From positions 1 through 64,000 of the forward strand of contig CBFGIV010000003.1 in assembly GCA_965648915.1 (NCBI GenBank): a DNA stretch of 64,000 nucleotides, given 5' to 3'. Positions 26,509-35,696 of the stretch are shown in pieces. The notes beneath the pieces were generated by a model. The model was not told the DNA's origin. It did not search any database and was given only the letters and a program-made list of their open reading frames with translations. Position numbers and translations under genes: made by a program. The DNA is from a candidate division WOR-3 bacterium (GTDB lineage: Bacteria > Hydrothermota > Tepidihabitantia > SM23-42 > CAYGYG01). Position 1 is the first letter of the stretch; each line of letters opens with the position of its first letter.

Positions 26509-29500
26509 CTACAATCGGATTAATTTCTTTACCCGGGGGCAGATCTTCTCACCAGAAAGTAAGATAAAGTATACACCCTGAGGGAGTTTCTTGCCGTTAT
26601 TATCATTACCTAACCAGAGATATTCGGTTTTGTTTTTATCAATGATACCATAATGGACACATCGACCCGAGACATCGAAGATGGCAAGTGATAGCTCTGT
26701 CGGTGCTGGGCTTGATAATCGAATCATCACCTTATCCTTAAAGACGGTAGCGACATTGAATAATTTCTGGTTTAAGAGGGGCTCGGCAGAACTTTCCATT
26801 ATCAGTGTTATCCCACCGGCACAGACATCGTCGATATAAAATCCCTCACTGATAGAACCGTCGTAATCACTAACAAATGAAAGGCGGACCCTGATTGTCT
26901 CACCGGGCGGTATTCGCTTCAGACTGTAACTCTCTTTAAACCAGTTACTCTGGATCGATTTTTCATCAAGGGCGCCACCGGTTCCTATAAAATCGATAGT
27001 ATCAGAGGTGCCATTTTGACGTCTTAAGATGACATATATGCCATCAACACCATATATCGGCACATGGAACCAGCGCCAGAAACTGAGTTCACTGTTTGCC
27101 TCAACCATAAAGGGATTGGTTTCGATGTAACAATCCATCCCTTCTTGATATCTTCTGGTTGCTTCATCTCCGCAGTACCAGGCGTGCGTGGGTGAATGGT
27201 GTCGATAGGTCGAGAGATGCCAGAGATTTATCGTTCCGCCCGTAGTCCACTGCCCGGTGCCTGATTCCATATTATCGGAAAAGCCGGTTCGACCGATAAG
27301 GAATCTTATTGTATCAAGTTTAAAATAATCAGTGGCATTCAATCGCAAAGGAAGAGGCACAAGTTTTGAAGGTGGACAGGAAGATTGGATATAGATCCTG
27401 AAGGGGGTAGAGATTTCCTGCTCGGACTTTGGGGCAATCCTTCCCAGATTGAGACTATCGAGAACAATAACAATTTGCGGATCATTAGAGGTCAATTTGG
27501 CAGTCGATGAGTGGCCAAAGCCAAATCCAGAATTGTTTAGCCGGATATAAACAAGTTCAGTATCGCCGGGCATCGCCGGCGGAGAACCGAGTCGATAACT
27601 GACGAGTGAAAAGAGGGGTGTGCCGGCTAAGAGCCCGGGGTTAAAGTTTATATTTCCAGTATTATGACTTATCCGGAGTTCACAGGGGATAACATAACCA
27701 TCAGTTGCTGAACCAATGCGAAACAAAAAGGCATTATCGATCTTTAATGAATCGTTCTGATTGATAAGGGTTATATACTCTATACTATCTTCAATTGTGA
27801 TAAATGGATCATTACTCCGAAAGAGAAAGTTGACATTCTGGGCTGGCTGAGTGCCGATGTTTTTAATCACAAGGTCAAGATATACTCTCTCCTGAGGATT
27901 GATCACACCATCATTATTCCCCAAGGAATCATTCACCGGCAAGGACGAAAGGGTAAGATATGGGCCGGTTACAACCGGAATAGTCGTTTCGAAAGGTAAG
28001 AAGTTCTTGGCAGTAACGGTTAGCTCAAAATTGCCAGAAGTTGTTGCTGATACAGGGATTGATACGGTACCATCAGATCCAGTATAACCATAGCCATAAG
28101 ATTCATTACCTTTACGCAGACAGACTAAGGCGTTTTCCACGGCTCGATTTGCACCACGCACCGTGACCATTACCCGGCCTGAACCCAAAGGCAGACTTGC
28201 GGGATAATTAACTGTTAACACACCAGGGAAATTGGTCCAGATTGAAGTCTCAGGATCGCCAAGGAGATTCAATTGATATTGATGCCAGCGGTAGACATTC
28301 TTCTCCCGCGAGAAGGGAATATAATAAACCTTTGCCAAATTTAGTGCTACACCAGATTGGCTATGATCGAGTTTAAGCAATTCATAGAAGAATCTCATAT
28401 CGAAGCGATCCGAATAACCAAAACCCGGATTGCCAGGAGAACCCCAACCATAACTGGAATTGCCGATAAAGGCAATACCCCCACCACGGAGACTGGTTAC
28501 CCAGGACTCAGAGATAGAGTTGAAGTCAAAGGCTGAGGTCCAGCAGCCGATCGAATAGAAGAGTCCGTGATACCAGTCATTGGTGAGGGTATCAAAGTCA
28601 GCATTATAAATATTACCTGAACCGGCCTGCATCAAATTGATCCAGCCATGCCCATCGTGATTGAGGAGGCTCTGCCCGGTCCTGATCGCTGATTTGACTG
28701 CGGTCGGACTTAAGTTGCCAAGCCGTTGATAAAGCTTGGTGCAGGTATAGAATGGTGCAAACGATTCCTCTTCCATTCGATCCTTCTTCTTGCCCTGATC
28801 GGTATAGGGGTTTGACCAGAGGATATTGGCGGCAAACATAGCACGATTCTGAAAATTAGTAGGTGGACTCTTTTCATAGTGTAAAACTTTTTCAACAAAC
28901 CTCTGTGCTTCAGCAATATCTTCTACCGGTGCCCGACCGACAATTAAATTGGGATAAAGGTCTATACTATCTTCGACTTCGCCAAAGATATTGTCGTTAT
29001 CCCGATCCCAGGTCCCTTCAAGGTCGGCATAATAAAGATCACAAGGCAGACTATCTTCACGTGGATGATATCTTGCACTGCAGGTCATTGCATAAGCAAA
29101 GCGGCAGGGGATAATTGGCGTGTCACCACCTAAAAGGACATAGACTATGCCTGAATCAGAAAGGGTTTTGAGATAGTTCCTTATCTTTTCCTGATGATCC
29201 CGGCCCGGGTAATTATTAACAATCCAGGTCTTTGTCCTTACACAGGCATTTATGCCCTTCTTGGTTTTCCATTCAGCCAATCGGGCAAATATAGTATCAA
29301 CCGGAGGATCGGTGATGACCACATATCGATACCCACTCTCTCTTTCCCGTGGCTCGGGGGTAGGATTGGCAAAGATTGAACCGATGGGATGATTTGAAGC
29401 CGTTGGAAAATTCTTGTTTTTGTACTTAACCGTCAACCTTAATTTTTCAATCAGGGTAATCCGACCGCTTCTGGGTTGATATTGAACCGGATAGACGAGA

Positions 29501-29919
29501 AATTCGAATGTTCGATAATGGCCAAAATTGCCACTCCCAACAAATTTGACACAGGAAGACGGATACGGATCATCCTGAGAATAGATATCTTCCCGTGGAC
29601 CAACTCTCTTTATCTGGCCTGGTGCTAAAGACAAGATAGCGGGTGGCTGGGCTGGTTCGATAGAGAAATTTGAAGCCAATTCTTTCTTTTTCAGGACAGT
29701 CACTTCAAAACTCTCAAACTCTGCTCCCGAGGGTGCTGAGAAGACAAGGGGTAATACTGGTAGTCTGGGTGCACCAACCTCATCGCTCAATTCAGAATTT
29801 TGATATCTGACACCCTCTTCCTCAATCAAGACATCTCTTTCATCGAAATAAAATTCTTGAATAAGAGTTTGGCCATAAACCAAGAATGACAGAATTAAAA
29901 CAATAGGGATTGTGCGCAT
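26509..29919 (-). CDS. Large gingipain-like peptidase C25 with propeptide, accessory beta domains and T9SS-type C-terminal domain
   Basis: GRDHQEKIRNYL, VLLGGD, DLYYADL, HDGHG, SIGCW, LNLLGDPE; C-terminal LPQGVYF. Confidence 0.88.
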   Translation of the reverse strand: MRTIPIVLILSFLVYGQTLIQEFYFDERDVLIEEEGVRYQNSELSDEVGAPRLPVLPLVFSAPSGAEFESFEVTVLKKKELASNFSIEPAQPPAILSLAPGQIKRVGPREDIYSQDDPYPSSCVKFVGSGNFGHYRTFEFLVYPVQYQPRSGRITLIEKLRLTVKYKNKNFPTASNHPIGSIFANPTPEPRERESGYRYVVITDPPVDTIFARLAEWKTKKGINACVRTKTWIVNNYPGRDHQEKIRNYLKTLSDSGIVYVLLGGDTPIIPCRFAYAMTCSARYHPREDSLPCDLYYADLEGTWDRDNDNIFGEVEDSIDLYPNLIVGRAPVEDIAEAQRFVEKVLHYEKSPPTNFQNRAMFAANILWSNPYTDQGKKKDRMEEESFAPFYTCTKLYQRLGNLSPTAVKSAIRTGQSLLNHDGHGWINLMQAGSGNIYNADFDTLTNDWYHGLFYSIGCWTSAFDFNSISESWVTSLRGGGIAFIGNSSYGWGSPGNPGFGYSDRFDMRFFYELLKLDHSQSGVALNLAKVYYIPFSREKNVYRWHQYQLNLLGDPETSIWTNFPGVLTVNYPASLPLGSGRVMVTVRGANRAVENALVCLRKGNESYGYGYTGSDGTVSIPVSATTSGNFELTVTAKNFLPFETTIPVVTGPYLTLSSLPVNDSLGNNDGVINPQERVYLDLVIKNIGTQPAQNVNFLFRSNDPFITIEDSIEYITLINQNDSLKIDNAFLFRIGSATDGYVIPCELRISHNTGNINFNPGLLAGTPLFSLVSYRLGSPPAMPGDTELVYIRLNNSGFGFGHSSTAKLTSNDPQIVIVLDSLNLGRIAPKSEQEISTPFRIYIQSSCPPSKLVPLPLRLNATDYFKLDTIRFLIGRTGFSDNMESGTGQWTTGGTINLWHLSTYRHHSPTHAWYCGDEATRRYQEGMDCYIETNPFMVEANSELSFWRWFHVPIYGVDGIYVILRRQNGTSDTIDFIGTGGALDEKSIQSNWFKESYSLKRIPPGETIRVRLSFVSDYDGSISEGFYIDDVCAGGITLIMESSAEPLLNQKLFNVATVFKDKVMIRLSSPAPTELSLAIFDVSGRCVHYGIIDKNKTEYLWLGNDNNGKKLPQGVYFILLSGEKICPRVKKLIRL

Positions 29920-30059
29920 ATCACCGCCTAATAGAATATATTACAACAAATTCTTCTGTAAGTCAAGAATTATATTTTAATTAGAAAAAAGCGGTAGTGT
30001 TCCATTCTCAGCAAAGACGAAAAGTGTAAAAGTTATTACCTATCCCCAATTTCATACAT

Positions 30060-30147
30060 TTATAACGTATGGCATTTTACGAAGTTTCCCGCAGGGAAAT
30101 TTGGGCGAACGAGTGCAACGAAGTGAGCCGTAAAATGCCTGTTAAGT
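30060..30147 (-). repeat. Integron attC site (88 bp)
   Basis: Minus strand ACTTAAC (30147-30141) ... GTTATAA (30066-30060); arms GGCATTTTACG (30071-81) and CGTAAAATGCC (30129-39); internal hairpin 30082-30102. Confidence 0.78.
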
Positions 30148-30263
30148 GAGCCGAGCGTAAGCGAGAGTGCAACGTGCCGACCGAACGAAGTAAGGGAGAG
30201 TAAAAATGGGTCGCGGCGAAATTTTAGTAGATTTTTCGTTTTTTATTATAATACGTGGCGGCG

Positions 30264-32990
30264 TTATTTCAAACTCTCTTCAATAATCTTTTTTTCTTCC
30301 TCGGTTATGCCATAAATCTTATAGACAAGCTCGTCAATTTCAGCATCGGTCTTTTTGATTTCTTCCTCAATCTTGGCTCTCTCGTCTGTTTTTTTGTCAC
30401 CGATTTCATTGATGCGTTTGTTGAGGGAGAGCATTTTGTCAACGAGTGTGATTAGGGGGTGTTGTTGGGATTTGGGGACGAGTTTGATTGGGAGTTGTTC
30501 TAAATATGTTCTTGAAATATTCACAGTTAAAGTTGATTTGTTTGTAAACTTATTAACATAATAGTAGTTTATTAGTTTTGAATTCAATAACCCTGTAATA
30601 TATTCTAATTCAAAATTAGAATCATCTTTTAAGAGTATAAGATTTGTTGATGCAAAGGTATAATATTTTTGATTGTCCAAAACACAAGCTAAAGGTCGAT
30701 TTCCACCACTTATTCTTTGAATAATTATTTTTTTAGAGGTAAATACTTCTTCTGGTCTCGCACGATGAAGCCTATTTTTGTCGTAAATAATATATTTGCC
30801 TTTGTAATCAATTTTATATCTGCCTATGTCCTTGCCAACCAAGAATTTTCTACATTTATCATTAATTGGTGAGTCTACAACATCTTTTTTTCTATTTCCA
30901 ACAATTCCCTCAATTATGTATTTTGACTCATTGCCAAGTAAAACTGAACCTTTCTCAATCTTATCAAAAATCTTTCTCTCTTCCTTCCCAAGAGTTATGT
31001 TAAATATATAACTTGTGTTCTCTAAAAATTCTTTTTGCTCAACTTCTTTTTTATTGTTTAAATTAATCCCAGAATAAATTACAACTTTATTTTTATCTCT
31101 TTTAGTTTTATCCTTTTCTTTTTCTAAAATTAGAATAATTGTTGATGCTGTAACGCCCTCAAATACACCAGCTCCTAAATCGACAATCTTTAAAATTTTA
31201 CAATTATCTAAGATGAATTTTCTTATAATATCATAAGTAGTTGTCCTCAAAATATTATTAGGAATAATAAAACCAAAAAGCCCGCCATCCCTTAATAATT
31301 CAATTGCTTTAATCAGAAAGATAGCATAAAGATTGACTTTTCCTGACTGTTTTGCTTTACTTTTAGATATTGATTCCAAACCTTTAAAGTAGTTATCTTG
31401 AACATATTTCTTGAAAGATTCTTGAAATTCTACGTCTCTTGTAAATACATAAGGCGGATTCCCAATAACAACATCAAAACCGCCTTCTTGCATGACTTCT
31501 TTGAATTCTTCTTCCCATTTGAAGGCTTTGTCTCCTGCTATTGCTGGGTCGTCAATTAAGGAGTTTCCGCATTTTATGTTTTCTTGGAGCAGTGGAAGGC
31601 GATGCCCCTTCTCTGCGATTTTTAGCAAAAGGTTAAGCTGTGCGATTTCTACTGCCTGCTTGTCCAAATCAACACCAAAAATATTATTTTTGAGAATCTT
31701 TGTTTTTGTTGTGAATGGCAGACATGTTTTGAAATCCATCTGTGTTTGCGAATAGTTTTTGTCGTGCTTGGCATAGTGCTCGTTCAAAACATCAAAAGCC
31801 TTAATCAAGAATGAGCCAGAGCCGCAAGCAGGATCTAAAACCCTTATCTTCTCAACATTTACTTTTTTGTCTTTAAGCAATTCTCCAAGAGTATTCCTTA
31901 CAATATAATCTACGATATAAGTTGGCGTATAATAAATTCCTTGCTCTTTTCTGTGCGCGTGGTTTTCTGTAAGCTTTGCTCTTTTCGCGCTTTTCTTTAA
32001 TATATGCCCCAAATACTGCTCATAAATATTGCCCAAAACATCTGCTTCAATGGCTGAAAAATCATAAGAAACAGATTTGTCTTTTGTATAGTAAAGCCCT
32101 TCAATGATTTCGTGCAAAACTTCGTTATCTATATCCAAATTGTCGCATAAGTGATTGGCAAATATCTTGCTGTTGTAATTTTTATCAAAATAAGAAAAAA
32201 CCTCTCTTAAACTTTTGATTAACTGCCCCCTGCCTTTGCTTTCCCATTCTCTAAAGCTGGAGATTAGGGTTTTTGCTTCAAGCTCTCTATCTTCACAATT
32301 TCTAATAAAAATTAATCTGTCTAAAATTCTTTGAACAGACTCATCTAAATCTTCTTCAGTTAAATTTTTGTCTTGATTTAATTTGAGTATATTTTTGGAT
32401 AATAATTCCCGGAATCTTGTAAAGTCTGCCAAAAGCTGTTTATCAACTGAAATCTTTTTTGTTTTCTTTCCCCACTTTTCAGCTTCTTTATCAATTAATC
32501 CCTGCTCAAAACTTTCTTTTGACAAAAGCCACAATTCACTAAATCTGTCTAAAAATTCTTGGCAGGGAATTGTTTTAAGATGGCTCTGCAAAGGATTAGA
32601 TGTTTTCCATTCAGCATTAAATATTTTTACGCTTTCAAAATCAGTAAGAACAGCCCAAGTGCAACCTTTATGCCAAGCATAATTTATCGCTTGTTCAACA
32701 AATTTAGGATTGTCCAAATCCTCCTTTAGCGATTTTGCTTCTAAGAAAAATTTAGGAATGCCATTAATTCTAAAGCCATAATCAACTCTTTTTTTGGAGA
32801 TTTTTTCTTCAGCAGTAACTTCGTTTGAATCTTCAGTATTCCAACCCAAAGCACGAAAAAGAGGAAGAATAAAATCCTTTTTGGTCATCTCCTCGTTGTA
32901 TTTACTTACTCTTTTTTCTTCTACAACCTTATTATATTTTTCAATAAGTTTTTTGATTTCCTGTTTTATTGTTTCGATATCTGTCATCAT
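30264..32990 (-). CDS. Type IIG (Eco57I-like) restriction-modification fusion: endonuclease, N6-adenine methyltransferase and target recognition domain
   Basis: RVDY..FLEAK nuclease motif, QAINYA, GIYYTP, VLDPACGSGSF, GNPPY, TaqI-C-like C-terminus; markedly AT-rich. Confidence 0.92.
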   Translation of the reverse strand: MMTDIETIKQEIKKLIEKYNKVVEEKRVSKYNEEMTKKDFILPLFRALGWNTEDSNEVTAEEKISKKRVDYGFRINGIPKFFLEAKSLKEDLDNPKFVEQAINYAWHKGCTWAVLTDFESVKIFNAEWKTSNPLQSHLKTIPCQEFLDRFSELWLLSKESFEQGLIDKEAEKWGKKTKKISVDKQLLADFTRFRELLSKNILKLNQDKNLTEEDLDESVQRILDRLIFIRNCEDRELEAKTLISSFREWESKGRGQLIKSLREVFSYFDKNYNSKIFANHLCDNLDIDNEVLHEIIEGLYYTKDKSVSYDFSAIEADVLGNIYEQYLGHILKKSAKRAKLTENHAHRKEQGIYYTPTYIVDYIVRNTLGELLKDKKVNVEKIRVLDPACGSGSFLIKAFDVLNEHYAKHDKNYSQTQMDFKTCLPFTTKTKILKNNIFGVDLDKQAVEIAQLNLLLKIAEKGHRLPLLQENIKCGNSLIDDPAIAGDKAFKWEEEFKEVMQEGGFDVVIGNPPYVFTRDVEFQESFKKYVQDNYFKGLESISKSKAKQSGKVNLYAIFLIKAIELLRDGGLFGFIIPNNILRTTTYDIIRKFILDNCKILKIVDLGAGVFEGVTASTIILILEKEKDKTKRDKNKVVIYSGINLNNKKEVEQKEFLENTSYIFNITLGKEERKIFDKIEKGSVLLGNESKYIIEGIVGNRKKDVVDSPINDKCRKFLVGKDIGRYKIDYKGKYIIYDKNRLHRARPEEVFTSKKIIIQRISGGNRPLACVLDNQKYYTFASTNLILLKDDSNFELEYITGLLNSKLINYYYVNKFTNKSTLTVNISRTYLEQLPIKLVPKSQQHPLITLVDKMLSLNKRINEIGDKKTDERAKIEEEIKKTDAEIDELVYKIYGITEEEKKIIEESLK

Positions 32991-33141
32991 AGTTATAGTT
33001 TTTTCTCAATTTATTAATCTTTTCGTTTAAAGCCGCCCCTTCGTTCCATAAAAGTTTAGCAGACGAAAAATATTTTTTGTAATATCCTAGCGAAGCGAGA
33101 CAATCTGTGCCGAAGGCACTCCCGCGACCCATTTTTATTTC

Positions 33142-33240
33142 ACTTAACTTGGTTATAGCCGAAATAGGTTCGGATATACCCCCTAAATTGGGGTGATATC
33201 CGAAGTACTTCGGATATTCCGCATCTGGCTGAACAGCCAG
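33142..33240 (-). other. attI-like recombination region
   Basis: Core GTTAAGT at 33148-33142 preceded by TATAACCAA; palindromes ATATCCGAAGTACTTCGGATAT and CTGGCTG-TT-CAGCCAG; lies directly downstream of the integrase fragment. Confidence 0.6.
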
Positions 33241-33273
33241 GAAACCCCTTCTGTCAACAATTTTTGTCACTTA

Positions 33274-33594
33274 TTACCCCCTTTCTTTGAGTCTCGATGT
33301 ATCAAGTGGACTCTTTATCTTCCCTATGCTTTTAGTGCTCACATGGGTATAAATTTCGGTCGTCTTACTGTCTTTGTGCCCTAATATCTCCTGAATATAT
33401 CTCAAATCTGTTCCGCCTTCTAATAAATGGGTAGCGAAACTATGTCTCAAAGTATGGACTGAAACATCTTTTCTTATATTTGCCTTTTCACAGGCATGCT
33501 CTAAAATCTTTTCAACGGTTCTTGTAAATAAATATCTACCTGCCTTTGCCCCTTCAAAAAGCCACTTTGCTGGTTTATAGTTTTGGTAATTCAT
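33274..33594 (-). pseudogene. N-terminally truncated integron-integrase-like tyrosine recombinase
   Basis: [29 protein letters not shown]-terminal SPLD; only 106 aa, lacks the SAM-like domain and the first catalytic Arg. Confidence 0.85.
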
Positions 33595-33602
33595 TGTATT
33601 TT

Positions 33603-33631
33603 ATTATATTTGTTTTGCAGTCAGTTGTCAA
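33603..33631 (-). promoter_or_regulatory. Consensus promoter immediately upstream of the integrase fragment
   Basis: TTGACA (33631-33626), 17 nt, TATAAT (33608-33603); ATG 8 nt downstream. Confidence 0.65.
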
Positions 33632-33780
33632 TAGTGATGAGCCTTCCTGATACTCCTATTAAGTTTATTTAAGATATTTTTCATGCTAACATTATGGTTG
33701 ACTTTTCCATAGATTAATTATAATAATATATTTTAATTATTTTTATTTGGTTAAATCTCAATTAAAATTAAGGAGGTAAG

Positions 33781-35586
33781 ATGTTGCTGAAGTCGCTGAA
33801 GGAGGTAAAGATCAAGTTTTTATTAACTGGATATATCTTTTTAACTGGTCTTTACGGCATTACCTATGTCGAATCTTCATCCGGCTTAAGACCACCTCGG
33901 TTCGAAGGCGGCCAAACCGAATTTGAGATGGTCGATGTTAACCTCGATGGTAATATTGACCTGATCTCAATCGGTGACCATGGTTCACCCTATGTCAATA
34001 CTGATCAGCACGGTATAATGGTCTGGTTCGGTAATGGACAGGGGGGCTGGAGTGTTTATATGAATGGCAATTTTGGTTATGGTGGTATTGCGGTTGGTGA
34101 TGTCAATAATGATGGCCGGCCCGATGTCGGTTATGCAATGCACCATAACTATTCTTCTAATGACTTTGGCGATCAGGTGATCGAAGTTGCCTTAGGTGAT
34201 GGAACCGGTCGTAACTGGACGCCCTGGGATGATAGCCTCGGTCAACAGGGCCAGAACTGGGGAATGTTCGGAACCGATTTTGGTGATATCAACAATGACG
34301 GTTATCTCGATATCGGTTCAGTTGCCTTTGGTGCTGATGATGGCCTGTGGATTTACACCAATTTGCGGAATGGGGTATGGCGGAATACTTTCGGCTATGC
34401 AGGTGGAAATTCAACAATGCACTTTATCTTTGGTGATATAAATCGAGATGGTCATCTCGATATGGCGACCGGTCATCAATATGGCACAATCTATTTTGGT
34501 GATGGAGTAGGAGGTTTTACCCTGAAAGACCGAAATCTTCCTCCACACGGAACCTCGGGACGAAGGGGAATTGCACTGGGTGATGTAAATAAGGATGGTG
34601 GGATGGATCTCTCTTTCATAAATACCCAGGGCGGGGTTGAAGTCTGGAGATATTCTGCGCAAGGTGACTCCTGGATTAAGATTTCAAATAATCTGCCCGC
34701 AACCGGTGGTATGGAGGCATCCCAACTGTGGGATATGGATGTTGATGGCCAGATCGACCTTGTAACCTTTGGTCGATGCACAACCAAGGTTTACAAAGGC
34801 GATGGTTCTGGAAACTGGAATCTGATCTGGACCCATACCTCAAGAGCACCTGGTTATTTTTCTGCCTTCCGGGTAGGTGGGGATATTGACCATAACGGTT
34901 ATCCCGATATTGTTCAGGTGGCTGAGGAAGGGAGCTGGCCAAGTGATAGCAATTTTGTCCGGGTGTTTAAAGAAGGCTCAACCCCAACCGCTTTAACGAT
35001 CAAGCCCGTATTCCCCCGCGGTGGTGAGCGATTCTGGGGTGGTTCGGTCAGATTTATTGAATGGGTCAGTTCAGTGCCAGGAGGTTCAATTTCAACTGTC
35101 CGGTTAGAACTTTCCAGTACCGGTCCTGGTGGCCCCTATACCCTGATTGCAAGTAATCTACCCAATAATGGTCGATACCAGTGGACAATTCCGCGTAATA
35201 TCAATTCGAACAACTGTTACATCCGCTATAAAGTAAGCACTGCTACTGATTCTGCCCTGGCGATAACCCCTGCCCCTTTTACTATTGGGCAACTGGGAGG
35301 GGTTGAAGAGAGGAAGAACCCGGAGGTCAGGCAACTGGATTTGAAAATGGTCAACCCGGTTTCTACCCGATCAGTGATTGAATTTAAGATCGATTCCCCC
35401 CAGCAAGGCAAAATTGCCCTTTATAATCTACTTGGGGGAGAGGTCTTAATTTTAACCAAAGGATATTTGAACAAAGGCCGACACCGAATTCTCTTTGATA
35501 CCGAGATCTTACCCGCAGGTATTTACTTCTGTCGCTTTGCTTTGAGAGATTTTAATCTTATTAAACCTATCGTAGTTATCAAATAG
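33781..35586 (+). CDS. Secreted FG-GAP/VCBS-repeat protein with T9SS-type C-terminal domain
   Basis: Seven DxNxDGxxD-type repeats; P.GGE Ig-like module; LPAGIYF. Confidence 0.85.
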   Translation: MLLKSLKEVKIKFLLTGYIFLTGLYGITYVESSSGLRPPRFEGGQTEFEMVDVNLDGNIDLISIGDHGSPYVNTDQHGIMVWFGNGQGGWSVYMNGNFGYGGIAVGDVNNDGRPDVGYAMHHNYSSNDFGDQVIEVALGDGTGRNWTPWDDSLGQQGQNWGMFGTDFGDINNDGYLDIGSVAFGADDGLWIYTNLRNGVWRNTFGYAGGNSTMHFIFGDINRDGHLDMATGHQYGTIYFGDGVGGFTLKDRNLPPHGTSGRRGIALGDVNKDGGMDLSFINTQGGVEVWRYSAQGDSWIKISNNLPATGGMEASQLWDMDVDGQIDLVTFGRCTTKVYKGDGSGNWNLIWTHTSRAPGYFSAFRVGGDIDHNGYPDIVQVAEEGSWPSDSNFVRVFKEGSTPTALTIKPVFPRGGERFWGGSVRFIEWVSSVPGGSISTVRLELSSTGPGGPYTLIASNLPNNGRYQWTIPRNINSNNCYIRYKVSTATDSALAITPAPFTIGQLGGVEERKNPEVRQLDLKMVNPVSTRSVIEFKIDSPQQGKIALYNLLGGEVLILTKGYLNKGRHRILFDTEILPAGIYFCRFALRDFNLIKPIVVIK

Positions 35587-35696
35587 CTTACTTAACATTT
35601 CTTACCGGGTAAAAAGTGTAAAATAAAGTATTATATATTTTGGATAAGCAAAAATTATTGACAAAATAATAATTTAGGCTATAATTATTTCCCATA

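Larger units (their letters stand above)
30060..33594 (-). mobile_element. Integron remnant: truncated IntI-like integrase, attI-like site and one gene cassette (type IIG R-M) with attC
   Basis: Cassette-start core GTTAAGTGA (33148-33140) is exactly complementary to the attC R'' TCACTTAAC (30149-30141, minus strand); AT-rich cassette gene. Confidence 0.75.

Noticed and set aside
30150..30200. Second attC or CRISPR-like repeat (GAGTGCAACG occurs at 30111 and 30165)
   Set aside because: Only a 10-nt duplication; no second AAC/GTT-bounded stem and no regular repeat-spacer periodicity
32941..33270. 109-aa minus-strand ORF between the integrase and the R-M gene
   Set aside because: Runs through the palindromic attI-like region and cassette leader and has no recognisable motifs; probably spurious
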